A stretch of DNA of 64,000 nucleotides from positions 1-64,000 of the forward strand of contig QPMI01000632.1 in assembly GCA_004431415.1 (NCBI GenBank). The letters are read 5' to 3'. The position numbers and the translations under genes are program-made. This stretch comes from Cyanophora paradoxa CCMP329. Its lineage: Eukaryota > Plantae > Glaucophyta. The notes beneath the pieces are model-generated. The model was not told the DNA's origin and made no database searches. It was given only the letters and a program-made list of their open reading frames with translations. Positions 11,257-24,600 of the stretch are shown piece by piece (within the stretch, counting starts at the first letter, position 1; every line of letters starts with the position of its first letter).

Positions 11257-14200
11257 CTCCTGCTTCAGCTCGGGCTGCGCCTTCTGCTTCGCAGGCTGCG
11301 CGCTGCGCTTCGGCGGCGGGGGCGCCTCGTCCTCCGCCTTGACGGGCGGCTGCGGCGGGGCCTGCGGCTTGTGCGGGGGCTCGCGGACGTCCTCGAGGGG
11401 GTACAGCTTGTTGTCGCTGGACGAGAGGTTCTCGCCCCGCTCGGCGATGCGGCGCTTGTTCGCCTCGCGCTTCGCCTCGAGGGGGACCTCGAAGGGCCGG
11501 CAGCGCGCCGCCAGCACGGGGCCCTCCTCGTGCTCCTCATCCCCGATCACCACAGGCGCCGCAGCCTTCGCGGCCGCCTTCGCCGCCGGCTTGGCCGCCG
11601 GCTTCGCCGGCTCCGCCGGCTCCGCCGCTGCTGCTGGCTCCGCCGGGGCTGAAGGCGGCGGCGGCGGCGGCGGCGGCGGCGCGGCCTCCTCGTCGTCGCT
11701 GGTGTCGCGGATGCGGCCGGCGCGCCGGAGGCCGCGGCGCCTCCGCCTGATCCCGCCGGAGCCCCCGGGCCGCTCTGCCCGTCCTCGCTCTCGTCGTCGG
11801 CGTCGCTGGCGGCCGGCGGCGGCGCCGGCGGCGGGACGACGGGCGGGGCGGGCGGCGGCGGCGGCGCCGGAGGCTCCATGGGGGCGTGCTGGACCGGTTG
11901 TTCGAGGAGGAGCCGAGGAGGGTCCCCGGGGGCGAGGTCTCCTCGGGGGCGGCGGCCGGCTTGCCGCGGGCGGGGCTCACGACGGGCCGAAAGGAACTGC
12001 CTGCCGCCTCCTCCTCCCCGTCCGACGAGACGATGCGGCGGGGCTTCTTGCGCCTGGCGGGGGCGGGCGGGGAGGCCGGGGGCGGCGGGGCGGCGAGCGG
12101 GGGCGGGGGCGGGGCGGCGAGGTCGGCGTGGGCGTCGAGGAGGCTGTTGGCGCGGGAGAGGGCCGCAAGCAGCGCCGCCTTCTTGCTCTTCTTCTTCGAG
12201 CCGCCCACGCTCGACGGCACCGCCGAGGCGTCCGAGCCGGCCACCGAGGGCGGGCGCGGGGGCGGCCCCCCCGCCTCGCTCCCGCTCGCGCTCTCCCCGC
12301 CGCTCGCCCGCACCTTCACTTTGAGCTTCGGCTGCCCCGCCTCCTCCGGCTCGTGCTTCACGGCCGGCGGCGGCGTCGACGGGGCCCCCTTGCCCTTCCG
12401 CTTCTTCCCGGCGGCGGCCGGCTCGCCCTCCCCCTTGGCGGGCTTGATTGGGGGGAAGGCGGGGCCCTTGATCGGGGAGGCGGCCTGGAGTTGGACCGGG
12501 GACAGGGGCCGCAGCGGCGAGAGCTTCCGGGGCCGCTTGAAGCCGAACTGCGCGCGGGGCGTGAGCGGGGCTGCGGCGCGGGCCGGGGCGCGCGCGCACG
12601 TCGATGAGCTCCTGGATCTCGGATTCGTCGAAGAGCGACTCGGGCTCGTTGTTGGCGGGGGGCCGCGCCGGTTGCGCGCGGGCGACGATCACGGCGGGAG
12701 CCCGGGGGCCGGCGGCGGCCGCCGCGGCAGGGCGGGAGGGGGATGGGCCGGCGGGGGAGGCCCCGGGGAGGGTGGAGCCCTCCAGAAAGTCGGACAGCGC
12801 GTCCTTCTGGGGCTGAGCGGGGGGCACGTCGGCCGGGCGCGGCAAGAGATGGAAAAGGGGGCAGCGCATGAAGGCCGCGGCACCTTGGCGGCGGGCTTGC
12901 CGGCCTGGGGCCCCTTCTTGTCGGGCCCCGGGCGCTTGCTCTTGTCGGGGACGTTGAGCTTGGCGAGCTTGTCGATGCGCTTGGGCGCCTCGGCCTCCGG
13001 GACGGCCTTCTTCTCCTTCTCCTTCTCCTTCTCCTTCGGGGGGGCCGGGGAGGGGGACGGCCGCGCCCCGGGGGCCCCCACGCTCGCGGCGGATGCTGCG
13101 GAAGGAGAGCCGGTCTCTGCCCGCGGGCTCGAGTGCCGCTCGGGCTCCCTCGGCACGGGCTGCGGCGACGGCGCGTGGGCGGCCGCGCGCGTCGGAGGGA
13201 CGGATCGGGCGGGGGCAGCCTCGCACCTTCAGGAACGTTCCGTAGGCGCTCTTCGAGGGCCCGAGGCCGACCCACTGGCGCACGAACTCGATGTTGAAGC
13301 CCATCCTGCTCTTGGCGCTCTCGACGCGCATGTCCAGCATCTGCTCGTTGTCTGCCGCGCGCCAATCAGCGGCTGGCGGCGGGCACGCTCGCCCCGACCT
13401 CGGACCCGGCGCACCGATGCTGCTGCTGCTCGAGCCGAAGGGTGGGGACTCCAGCGTCGCACCACGCGCGGAGTTCGGAGGGTCGAGTGGCGTAGCGGAC
13501 GGAGAGTCGGACGACGGCGCCCACTCCGATCGGCAGATGTAGGAGGTCTCGGCGTTGGCGCCCGTGCTGCCGTTGCTGCTTACGCCCTCCAGAACCTTGA
13601 GGAGCGCAAGCGCGTCTGGCCGGCCAGGCTGATCTCTCGGCGGTTCCTGTATGAACGCGTCAGCAAGAGACGAGAAACACCGAAAGAAGACCGTGCGCAC
13701 CTCCCTGCGCTCAAACGGATCAAATTCGTCGTAGACGACCACTTGGCGCTCCTGGGGTCGCTCTACGGGACGGCTGTCACGGCTACCGTATCCATGCGCC
13801 TCAAAGTGGTCGTTGTGCCTGTGCGCAGACTCGCGGATCGCTCTTGGTTCGGGGATTTGACGAGAGGGCTCCTGCGCTCAGCGGGCGGGCGGGAGGCGAG
13901 AAACCACGCGTTAGTCGGCTGGAACGAAGATGTATTACTCGACTATGCGCAGGGCAGAGACGCCGGGGCCGCACCGGCCGCTTGCTAAAGAGTGGTAAAT
14001 GAGAGTCCGGTGAGTACTCGTCTGGTTGCGCTTCAGCTGAAACAGGGCGAGGTTCGCGATGACGTTCGTCTATGTCCCACATAACCTGATCGCTCCTCTC
14101 CGAGGCTGAACGCCGTATCGGAGAGGCGCGCAGGTCCGACCGACCCCGGTCGTCCGCGGGCGCGGTCTTGTGTAGGTCGTTCGTCGATGAGTACGCATGT

Positions 14201-14289
14201 GGAGGGTCTCGAGAATACTCTGCCGTGTCGGAGATCTCGCCCGCATCAATCTCACCCTCCTCTGCGCTGTCCTCCTCCGCGCGCGACAT
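8414..14289 (-). CDS. AF4/FMR2 (AFF)/plant CWZF-like large low-complexity nuclear protein, multi-exon
   Basis: N-terminal EEGEI, then VGLGPSKSAYGTFLK, long Ser/Arg/Pro/Lys-rich regions, and a C-terminal helical domain (EAVGLKRTADKF...MYLQSGLKFLEYA...CYATTADLF...IAALCYKAQALAYMRAF) matching the AFF C-terminal homology domain pattern. Confidence 0.6.
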
Positions 14290-15652
14290 CCCTGCTGATT
14301 TGCTGCGCGGGGCTCTCCAACGTGCTAAAACGACGTAGAACGTTAGTTACAGCTGAGTGCCACGCTCCACACGCACGCACATGCAAGTCTCTCAACCTCC
14401 TTGTCGATTTGAGTTGTGATCCCCTTCAAGAGTCAGCTGCGGGCGCGCGACGTCAGCGTAAATCGGCGACTTCAGCCGATCCAGCACCGAGGGATCAAAC
14501 GTGCGCGGGGGGAAGGGGGCCTATGATCTCTAAGGAGTGAACAAAGCTCGGCAAATCGTGTCACGGGGGCACCTGCGAAGCCGGTCGAGCGCTTCAAACG
14601 GGTGCTGATTCTCCACGGGAGCGATGCCCGGCCGCTCGCCGGCGCGCCGCAGCCCTCGAATCCAACGCGGTCGGGCAGTCAAGAGTGAGGAGGGGGAACA
14701 AACGGCCGTCGCACATCTACCCCCCCTGCGCGGCGAAGCATCAAATTCGAACTACCGTGAAGCTTTCAATCTGCGCAAGCAGCGCGGCAGTTGACGCCGA
14801 CAGAGGCACCGGCGTGCGCCGCGACATACTGCACGATCGTCGCACGTAACGCGGTTCACGGAGGCATGCGCATGCGCAAGCTCGCTGTACCATCGATATC
14901 GCGGAGTCGACGTCCGCGGCCGGATATCACAGCGAGAAAGAGCTCGGGGGGCATGCGCAAGCTCGCGCGATCGATAGCGCTGCATGCGCACGTGTACATC
15001 GACATCCGCGGCCGGATCCACGCGTACGCCGATGGCCTAGCGCGCAGCCACCGTGGCATGCGCACCCTCAAGGCTTCTCTCGCGAGCCGGACCACTGCCA
15101 GGCTGGGCCTGGCCACGTGCACAAGATTATAATTAAATATTAATATTGATATCGATATTCTTAAGTGAGGTGCGTGTACGTAATTATAAACGACCCAAGC
15201 CATACCACATGTACATTGTATGCTAGCGCTCTCATTGCTACTCTGACGTCGACAGCAATCTCTGAGGTTCCATCGGTATCTCGTAAATCTCTACCTGAGC
15301 TATCGATCCAGCTATATCGATATCCGGGTGGCGGATGTCTAAATCTTCGATCTGTACCTTGAAAGGAATGTCGTCTATCTGAAATGACACACACGTTTCA
15401 CTCATGACCAAAATTACCAGATCTGCCTGCAACTGAGAAGTGCCTCGGAGTCCGAGATAAACTTGCGCTCGAAAGTAGCGTAGCTGTCTGTGCGAAACGT
15501 GAAATGTTGGAGCAATTATAAAATGAAAAAGAAGAGAATTCAAAAGTCTTAGACAGTTCCCTACAACACCATCCGTTAACAAAGAACATTATTCTTAAAC
15601 TTTAGTAAAGCCGAGTATTAAGTGTCAATCAAATGCTCGCGTGGATAAACCA

Positions 15653-18600
15653 TCACCGGGCGGGAGCCTCGGGCTCGGGGGGCGGGGGCGGGGCCCGGCG
15701 GCTGTGGCGGGCGACGGCCTCCATGAGGACCTGCCGCCGGATCTGCCCGCCCCGCCGCCCCCCGCACCGTCAGCCGGCCCCGCCCCGCCCCGCCCGCCCC
15801 GCGCCCGGGCACGGGCGCACGGGCTTGCAGAGGAAGGCGTCGCCGCCGAGGCGCAGCGCCTCCTCCTGGTCCTCCGGCATCGCGTTCGCCGAGAGGTACC
15901 TGCCGGCCCCTCGGCCCCGGCCGGCCGGGCGGGCGGGGCGGGGCCGTACACGATGGGGACGCGCCCGGCGACCGCCCCGGAGGCCTCCAGCGCGCGGATC
16001 TGCGAGCAGGCGCGCCGCCCGTCGCACACCGGCTGCGGCCCCCGCGTTACCCCGCGGAACGGAGCGGAGACCGAGCGAAACGCGGCGGACCATCTCCACG
16101 TCTGCGCGCGGGGGGCGGCGCTCAGGGACGGCGAGCGGCGGGGCGGGCCCAAGGGGCGCGGCGGGCGCACCGAGGAGGATGAGGTCGACGCGCGCCGGGT
16201 CGGCCCTGTACGCCTCTGCGCCGCCCGCCTCGGGCTCGGCGGGGGCGGGCCGGGGTCGGGGCCGGGGGCGGCGGACCGATGCACTGGAGGCCGTCCTCGC
16301 GGTGGCGACCTCGCAGCCGCCGAGCTCGAGCATCTTCTTGGCGAGCACCAGGTTCGTCCGCACGTCGTCCACCAGCAGCACCCGCACCCGCCCGCAGGAG
16401 CCCCGCCGCCGCCCGTGCCGGCGGAAGCAGCCGCGGCGGCCTCCGAGGGCTCGGCGCCGCCGCGGTGCTGGGCGGCAGAGCGGCCGGCGCTGAGGCCGGC
16501 GGCCCCGCGCCCGCGCCCGCGGGCGAGCCCGGCGGGCCGCCCTCCTCCGCGTCGTTCAGGCTGCGGGAGCATCAGCAGCGGAGCGGAGGGGCGAGCGGGG
16601 GCGCGGGGCGGACATGCGGAGGAGGGCGCGGGCGAGCTGCGAGGGGAGGACGGGGCTCCGATGCACTCGGCGGCGACGCGCGCGGCGGCCGCCTCCTCCG
16701 ACTGCGCGCGGCGTCGGGGGCGCGGGGCGGGCGGGGCGGGGGCGGGGGCGGGCCTTGGCGGAGAGGAGCGCGAGGGCGCGCCGCCGCGGGAGCGGCCCCG
16801 CGGCGAGCGCCGCCACGTCGCCGATCGCCACCGCCGCGCCGCCGACGTCGTTGGGCCGGCCCGCCGCGCCGGCCCCGCGCCGCGCCGTCCCGCCCACTGC
16901 CGCGCGCGTCGCATCGCGAGGGCGGACGCGAGGGGCGGCGGGGCGGGACCTGGGAGACGTAGAACTCGAGCAAGTCGGCGACGCCGGCGCTCGCCGCGAG
17001 GACGGCGCACACGGCGCCCCGCAGCCGCGGCCACTCCGGCTGCTCGCCCTGCGCGCGGCGGCGCGTGAGGCCGCCGCCGCAGAGGCGCGCGCGCCGCCGG
17101 GCACCTCCTGCAGCTGCAGGACGGCGGTGGCCCAGAAGCGGGAGCCGCGCCCGGGCTCCGACTCGACGCCGACCGCACCGCCCAGGCTCTCCGCCAGCCG
17201 CTTCGCGATCGCCTGCCGCCGCGTGAGGCGCGCCGGGCGGGGCCCGCGGGAGAGGCGCACGAGGCCGAGGCCGGTACCCCCGTACATCCGCGTGACGTCA
17301 TCGGCCGCAAGCTGCGCCGGCGGCGCTCGGGCGGGGGCGGCGGGGCGGGAGGGCCGGCGCGGGCCCCGGACCTGGCCGTAGGGGCGGAAGAGGAGGTGCT
17401 GGTGCTCTGCGGGGCGGGGCGGACTCAGCGGCGGCCGCGAGGGCCGCTCGGCGAGCATCGAGCGGGGCACCCTTCGCGATGCCGATGCTGCAGGCGGCGG
17501 GGTTAGGGCGCCGGGCAAAGGGCGGCCTTCGAAGGGCGCGCACCCGGTGTCGGTGACGGTGAAGCGGAGGGTGGCGGAGGCGCCGGGCCCGCGGGCCGCG
17601 AGGTCGACCCGCAGCTCCACCCGCCCGCCCCGCTCGCTGAACTTGATCGCGTTCGACGCGTAGCTGGCGAGCGGGCGGGGTCAGCCGGCCGGCGGAGGGC
17701 GGGGCGGGCTCGGGTAGAGGGCACTTCATGACGATGCGGCGGAGGCGGACGCTCTCGCCGACGACGAGGCGCGGCACGGCCGGCGGCACGAGGAGCAGCA
17801 GCTCGACGCCCTTGTTCCGCGCCCCGCCCGCCAGCAGCGCCGCCGTCTCTGCCGGCGGCGTCGGCGGGGCGGGGGACGGGCGGGGGCGGGGCGGGGGCGG
17901 GCCCTCCATGTGCTCGACGAGGTCGAAGGGGGCCGGCCGCGGCTCCGCCCCGCCGCCCTCCTCCAGCCGCGAGTACTCCAGGATCTGACCCCCGCCCCGC
18001 CCCGCGGCGTCAGGCAAGGAAGCGTGCCGGCCGCCGCCTCGTCCGGGAGGGAAGCGACGCACGTCGTTCATGAGGGAGACGAGCAGCTCGGTCGCGGCCC
18101 CGATGTGCTGCACGTACTCGCGCTGCTCAGGGGAGAGGGGCGTGTCGCGGATGAGCTCGTGCGAGGCCGCGATCCCGTTCAGCGGCGTCCGCAGGTCTGC
18201 GCGCCCCCGCTACCCCGTGAGCGGGGGCCGCCGCGATCGCGCGGGGCCCGCGCGAGGGAGCCGGACCGTGCTGCGGGGCGCAGACCCGATCAGGCCGGAG
18301 AGCGCATCGATGGAACGAGAGCGGGGCGCGGGCGGGCGCGGCGGACCGTGACCATGGCGAACCAGCGCCTGCGGACAGCCTGCAGCTGCTTCTCGGCGCG
18401 CACCCTCGCAGACACGTCGCGCTGCGGCGCCCCTCGCGATCGGACCGGGCGCCCCGCGCGGGCTGGCGGGCGGGCGGGCTGCGGCGGGGCGCACGATGAA
18501 TGCGGAGTAGCTCTTTCCCTCCGAACTCGCCTCTGCGAGGTCCTCTTCTTGCTCCCCCGCCGCCTCCTCCAGCGACGTGAAGCAGACCTCCACTTCGATC

Positions 18601-21600
18601 TTGCCGCTGGGGCACAGGGCGACACCGTTCCACACCTGAAGCCGGTTAAAGGCGGCGGCGAATATGACGGAGCGCCGCGCGCGCGCACCCGACCCAGGAA
18701 GAAACCGCGATCGTCCGTCGATATCGAGCCGCGCCTGCCCTTTGGGCTGCAGATGGCCTCCAGAGAGCTCGCAGGGCGCTTCGGAGGGGCCCTCAGCTCC
18801 TCCAGCGCAGTAACTTGCGGCCCCTCGATCTCCAGCAGCTCCGACAGCGCCTGCGCCCCGCTCGAGCCGAGCTCCGCGCGCTGGCCGAAGGAGAAGGGCG
18901 GGGGCGGCACCTTGCCGACGAGGGCGGAGCGGGGGGCGCGCCAGAGGCGCTCGCTGGCGGGGTTGGCGGCGACGACGCGCGCCGCCCCGTCAAGCGTCAC
19001 GATCGCGTCGTGCGCGCTCGCTGCGCCCCGCGGCCGCTCGGACGCGGCGCTGGGCGGGCGGGCGGGACGCGGGCGGGACGCGGCGCCCCGCACCGAGGAC
19101 GGCGGCGATCTCCGCGAAGCTCTTCCGGAGCCGCTCGTAGAGCCGCGCGTTGACGATCTGAGGCGAGCGACCCGCGCGGGAGCGTCGGAAAGGGGCCGCG
19201 CGCTCGAGAGCCGGCGCGCAGGGCGGGGCCGGCGCACGGAGACGGCCATCTGGGAGGAGAGGATGCGGAGCGTGTCGACGGCGGCGGCCGGGAAGGCGCC
19301 CCGCAGCAGCCGGTTCTCCAGGTACACCGCCCCTGCCCCGCCGTCAGCTGCAGCCCGGCGCGAGACGGGGCGGGGCGGGCGGGCGGGGCGGGGCGCGCCG
19401 ATGGCGCGGGCCTTGTGGGAGATCGGCAGCGCGAGGAGGCTGCGGACGCCCGCGCGCTGCACGTACCCGTCCCCCGCCACCGCCGCCGCCAGCGGCCCCT
19501 CGCCCTCCTGCGGGCCCTCAGCGCGGCGGCGGGCGGGGCGGGGCGGGTGGGGCGGACCGTCCTGGAGCAGTCCTGGACGATGGCGACCTGCTCGGTGGCG
19601 AGGGCCCACTCGACGGCGCGGACGCAGAGCTGCTCGCCGCACTCCGCGAGCGGCGCGCCGCGCAGGACCTCCGTGTGGATCGACGTCGTTCCGAACGCGG
19701 CCGAGGGACGGCGGCTCGTCGGCGTGTGGACCACCTCCCCGCTCGCCTCGACCTGCGCGCTTCAGCGTCGCCCGCGGCGCGCGCGGCGCGTCGGGCGCGG
19801 CTCGCACGTAGTATTGGGGCGGGCCCTGGGGCGGCGTCGGCGCGGCGCCCCCGTCCTCGTCCACGTCGTGCTCCAGGACCTGCGCGAGGACCGGAGTGAG
19901 CGGGGCGGGGGCGGGGATCTGGACGTTCCGCCTGCGAGGCCCCGCGCACCAGGAAGCCGCGCTCGCCGCCGGAGATCTCGAGGATGACGACCATGAGGCG
20001 CTCGAGCAGGCGCCCGAGCTCGATCTCCCGCGAGATGAACTGGCTCGCCGACGCAAGCGTCTCCCTGCCGGGCGGGACGGCATCGGCACCTCGCCACGCG
20101 CAGCTGCGCGCCGCGGGTTCGCAGCTCGCACCAGTTCAGTGCATCGCTCTCGGATGAATCTCGGATGCCGTCCGAAATCGATACCGAGCTCTTGGGGGCG
20201 GCGCGCGGCGGCGGCGAGTTTGGCCGCGAGCAGGGGCGCTGGAGAAGGCCCCTTGTTAAAATTGAGAGACTGGGAGACCGAGGGAAGTTTCGTACCGCAG
20301 GGGGCGATCGCGAGGCCTCGAATGAGGCGCTAGCAGCCGCGGCGATGGAGGAGTCCGCCCTGTCCGGCGCCACTAGAACCGCGTCGAAGCCGCCCGGCCC
20401 GACGGACCAGAAGCTGCCGCGGCGGGAGCCCGGCTTCCGCTTTTGGCTCTCGTTCGCGGTCACAGCGGGCTCCAGTACATCGCACTCCAGATCCGTGCTC
20501 TCCACGACGATCTCGGGTAGCGGCGGCGCCGCGGCGGCGACCCCCGCCTCGGAGACGAGGGCGCGGAGGGCGGCGGCGCGGGGGGCGGCGCCCCAGGCCT
20601 CGAGGGCGGCGGCGGCGACCCGGAGCGGCCCCGACGCCATGCGGCGCAGGCCGAGGTCCACCGCGAGCGACGCAAGCCGCTCGCCGGCGACGGCGCTGCG
20701 GGCGCGGGACGCGGGCGGGGTCAGGGGCGGCGGGGGCGGGGCGGGGCGGGGCGGGGGCGCGCGAGAAGAGGTGGAGGCGCTGCTCCTCGCCGGCGTCGCA
20801 TGCCGCCTCGTACAGCGCCATCGCCTCCGCCGCCGCCCCGCCCGCCCGCCCGCGCCGCCTCCGCCCGCATCACAAGGTGCCTGCCCGCCCCGCTCGCCCT
20901 CGCGGCCGGATGGGGCGGGCGGGCGGGGCGGCGGGGACCGGGGCGGTAGGCGAGGGGGAGGCGTCGGCGAAGGGCGCCATGCCGTCGCAGCAGCGGCGGA
21001 GGCGCTCCGCGAGGCCGGCGCGCTCAGCCGCTGAGAGCGGCGCCGCATCGAAGGACGGCTCCGCCCGCCCCGGCGAGAGCCGCTGCCGGAGGCGGCAGCG
21101 TGAGCGCCGCGGCGCGGGCCGAGCGCGCGGCGCGGGGCGGACCACTCCGATGGCGAGGGCGGTGGCGAAGAGGTAGTCCTGGTACGTCGTGTACCCAACC
21201 CTGAGGAGGACGACGTTCGGGTTTGCCGCGTCGAGCTCCTCGACAAATCGCCACGCCTGCGCGACGCGCGTACGCGTTGCCGGGGGGAACACGTCCGCTG
21301 CTGGGGCAACGCCCTCGGATGCGCACCGTGCCGAAATCGCCGAGGAGGACGCACAGCATGATGGAGAAGTTCGTGTACAGGGCTTTGGCCCTGAACGCTC
21401 GGTCACGAGCGACTTCACAAGGCGACGACGCCCGGCTGGTTCCGCACCAGCAGGGCAGGCCGGCGAAAATCTCGCGGAGGCGGCCCGCGTCGAGCGCCAG
21501 CCGGCCGCACGGATTCCCCTCCGCCGGCGCCAAGACAAGCTCCAGGGGCGGCGCCCTCGGGCCGCCCGCCGAGGCCCCGTCCTCGCCCTGCGACGGAATC

Positions 21601-24600
21601 GAGCTCGCCCCGGCCGGCGCGTCTCTCGCGGCGAGCCGGGCCGCGCACCTGCAGGAGCGCCGAGACGAAGGCGAGCAGGTTCGAGACGACGGCGTAGATC
21701 TCGTGCTTCCCCTCCACGAAGCGGTTCACGGACACGGCTGTGGGATCCAAGCTAAGCCGCGGGCCGCGGCGGACAAATGTGGAAATTGGAACGGGGCGCG
21801 CATCGCTCGTGGACGGAGTAGAGGGGCTCGCAGGACCAGAAGGCGGCGCCGCCCATGCAGGTGCCGGCGATGCAGGCCGAGACGACGTCCCCGGTGGAGA
21901 GGGCGAGCCTGTACGCGCTGTCCCCGATCTGCGCGCCGCCGACCTCAACCGAAGCCCGGCGAGAGCTATGTATGCGGATGAGGCTGCGCCCACCTCCAGC
22001 GATGTGGAGAACGGCTCGGCCAGGACCGAGGCGAGGGAGCACCAGAGGAGGGTCTGCGGGTGCGCCGGTCGCGATCAGCCGCGGGGCGCCGAGGGCCCGG
22101 GCCTATAGGAGTTTATCCCCTTACCTTGGCATCCACACTCGCATAATCATCTTCTGCCGAACGGGAGGCGAGCGCCAGGGCGACCTGCAGGGGCTTCAGC
22201 GCGCGAATGCGGCGGGGCACGAGGGTGCGGCTACCTTTGCGCAGGTCGCCGCGTGCCGAAGAGTCGCGTCGGTGGCAACGCACGCCTGCGCCAGGATCCC
22301 CGCCAGCAGCGCCGTCTCCGGGGCCCGCCCGTGCCGAAGGCTCAGCAGCAGGCACCTGGCGCGGACAGATCACAACAGCGGCCATATATATGAAAGCTCT
22401 CCGGCCGCGCGCGGCCGCACGCACCGCGCGGGGATGAGGCAGAAGAGAACGGGAAGCTGGCTCAAACGGACGGAGAGGGCCGTGTCGGCGCCGACCTGCA
22501 TCAGATCCAGAATGTCTGCACAAAAGCTCAGCGCCAATCACCACCCAAGTCGATCACGTCGGCCGCACCGCTGTCGCGGCACTCCGGCAGGGCGGAGAAG
22601 GCCGCGACCACCTTCTCTCCCCTCTTGTCCAGCTCCGCCGCGGTGCCAGAGAGCGCGCTCGCTATCTCGCTCATCTCCGCCTCGACGTCGTCGAACGTCG
22701 CCTCTGCCCGGCCGTCAGCGATCGCGAGCCTCCCCGCGCGCAGCGAGGGCCGCGGGGCCACCGAAGGAGAAGGAGATGCCCCACAGGGAGCGCAGGCAGT
22801 CCAGCCCGGCCTCCGCGCTCTCCCGGAAGCGTCCCGCCGTGCTCAGGAACGCGATGCGCAGGCGGTACGCTGCCGCCGGCGTCACGGGCGGAGGGCTGCG
22901 GACGGGGGGCGCGCGGCGGGGCGGCACCGCTCAGGCGCTCGGCGCGGGTCTCGGCAAGCTGCCACATCGACGCGATCTCCGCCTCGGCGGCCGCGTAGGC
23001 GCCCGAGAGGTACTTGCACTCGGCCAGCGCGAGCTGCGGGCGGGGGGACGCTCAGCGGGCTTCGGCGGGCTTCGGCGGGGCGGGGCGAGGGCGCGCCGAG
23101 AGGGAGAAGCGGAGGGGGCGCAGCTCGCCGTCGCGGCCGGAGAGGGCGAGGGCGCGCAGGCCGCAGGCGGCGTACTCGGCGCCGCGGGCGTACCCCGCGC
23201 AGCGCCGCGCCCGGCGGGCGGCGAGCAGGTCCAGCTCCGCGATCCCGGCGAGGGCGGCCGCGTCGGCCCCCGCCGGCGGCTCCTCCAGGCACGCGTTCAG
23301 CAGGTTCGCCACCTGCGCCCCGCTCGGCGCCGGCGCCGGCGCCGGCGGCCGGGGCGGGGCGGCGGCCCGGGGCGGACCTCGTAGAGGTTGGCAGCCTCGG
23401 CGGGCTCCCGCATGGCCCCGCGGAGGAGCGTCCCCGCGCGGAAGCAGAGGTCGCTCCGCTCGCGCGCCCCCACCATGTCGTGCGCCGCCTGCGCCCCCCC
23501 GCGTCAGCGGCGGCCCGGCGGGCGTCCCGAGGGGCGGCGGGGGCGCCTGCTGGATCTTGTCGTGCTGGAAGGAAAAGACGGCGTCGCCGGCGCCCTGGAC
23601 GAGGAGGCCCGCCGCGAGCGCCGGCTGCACCGCCCGCTGGCTCTCCTGCGCCCCCGCCCTCAGACGCGGAGAGAGCCGCTGCGGAGGGGCGGGCGGGCCT
23701 CCTCGGAGGCGCCGGTGATGGTCGCGAGCATCGCTGCGTCGAAGGCCGCCCCGCAGCAGCTCGCCACCTGCCGGCCCCGCTCAGCGGCGCGGCGCCGGCG
23801 GGGGCGGGGGCGGGGGGCGGGCCTTGAGGAGGGCCTGGGTGGCGGGGGGCAGGGCGAGGATGGAGAGGGCCGCCATCTCCGCCACGTCGTCCCCTCGTGC
23901 ACCGCGTCCACCTGCCCCGCCCCGCCCTCGGCCCCCGCCGCCGCCGCCGGCCGGGGCGGCGCGGCGGGGCGCACCTCGGCCTGGCTCCAGGTCCAGCGCC
24001 CCGAGGGGTAGTCGAAGTGCAGCGCGCGGCGCTCGACCAGCGCGCGCAGCAGCTGGATCTGCGGCCCCGCCGTCGGTCGCGGGCGCGGCGCAGCGGGGCG
24101 AAGGGGCGAGGCGGGCGGACGGTGTGGAAGGGGTTGCCGTGGGCCTTGCGCACGAGCGACGCGGCCAGCGCCTCCGACCGCTCGTCCTCCGGGGTTTTCA
24201 GCTGCCGCCCGCGCGTAAGAAGCGGCGCGGCGGGCGGGGCGGGGCGGGGCGGGGGGCGCGCCGTGGCGGCGAGGATGGCCTGGCAGTCGCCGCGGCGCAG
24301 GGGCGCCAGCGCCAGCTCGTGCACCGGCACGACCTCGCGGGGGGTGAGGCGGGCGGCGCCGCGCGCTCTGCGGGGGCGGCACCTTGGCGGCCCGGCGCAC
24401 GAACTGGGCGACGGCGTGCTCGTCGGAGACCTCGCAGCTCCTGCGCCGGCGCTCGCCGCCCGGTTGCGGGCTCCGGGGCGGGGCGGGGCGGGGCGGACCG
24501 GTAGGTGGCGCAGAGGGCGACGGGGAGGTCCGACGCGAGCACAAAGTCCGCGAGGGAGAGCGTCTCGGGGTCCGCCCACTGCGGCCGCCTCAGCGGCCGG

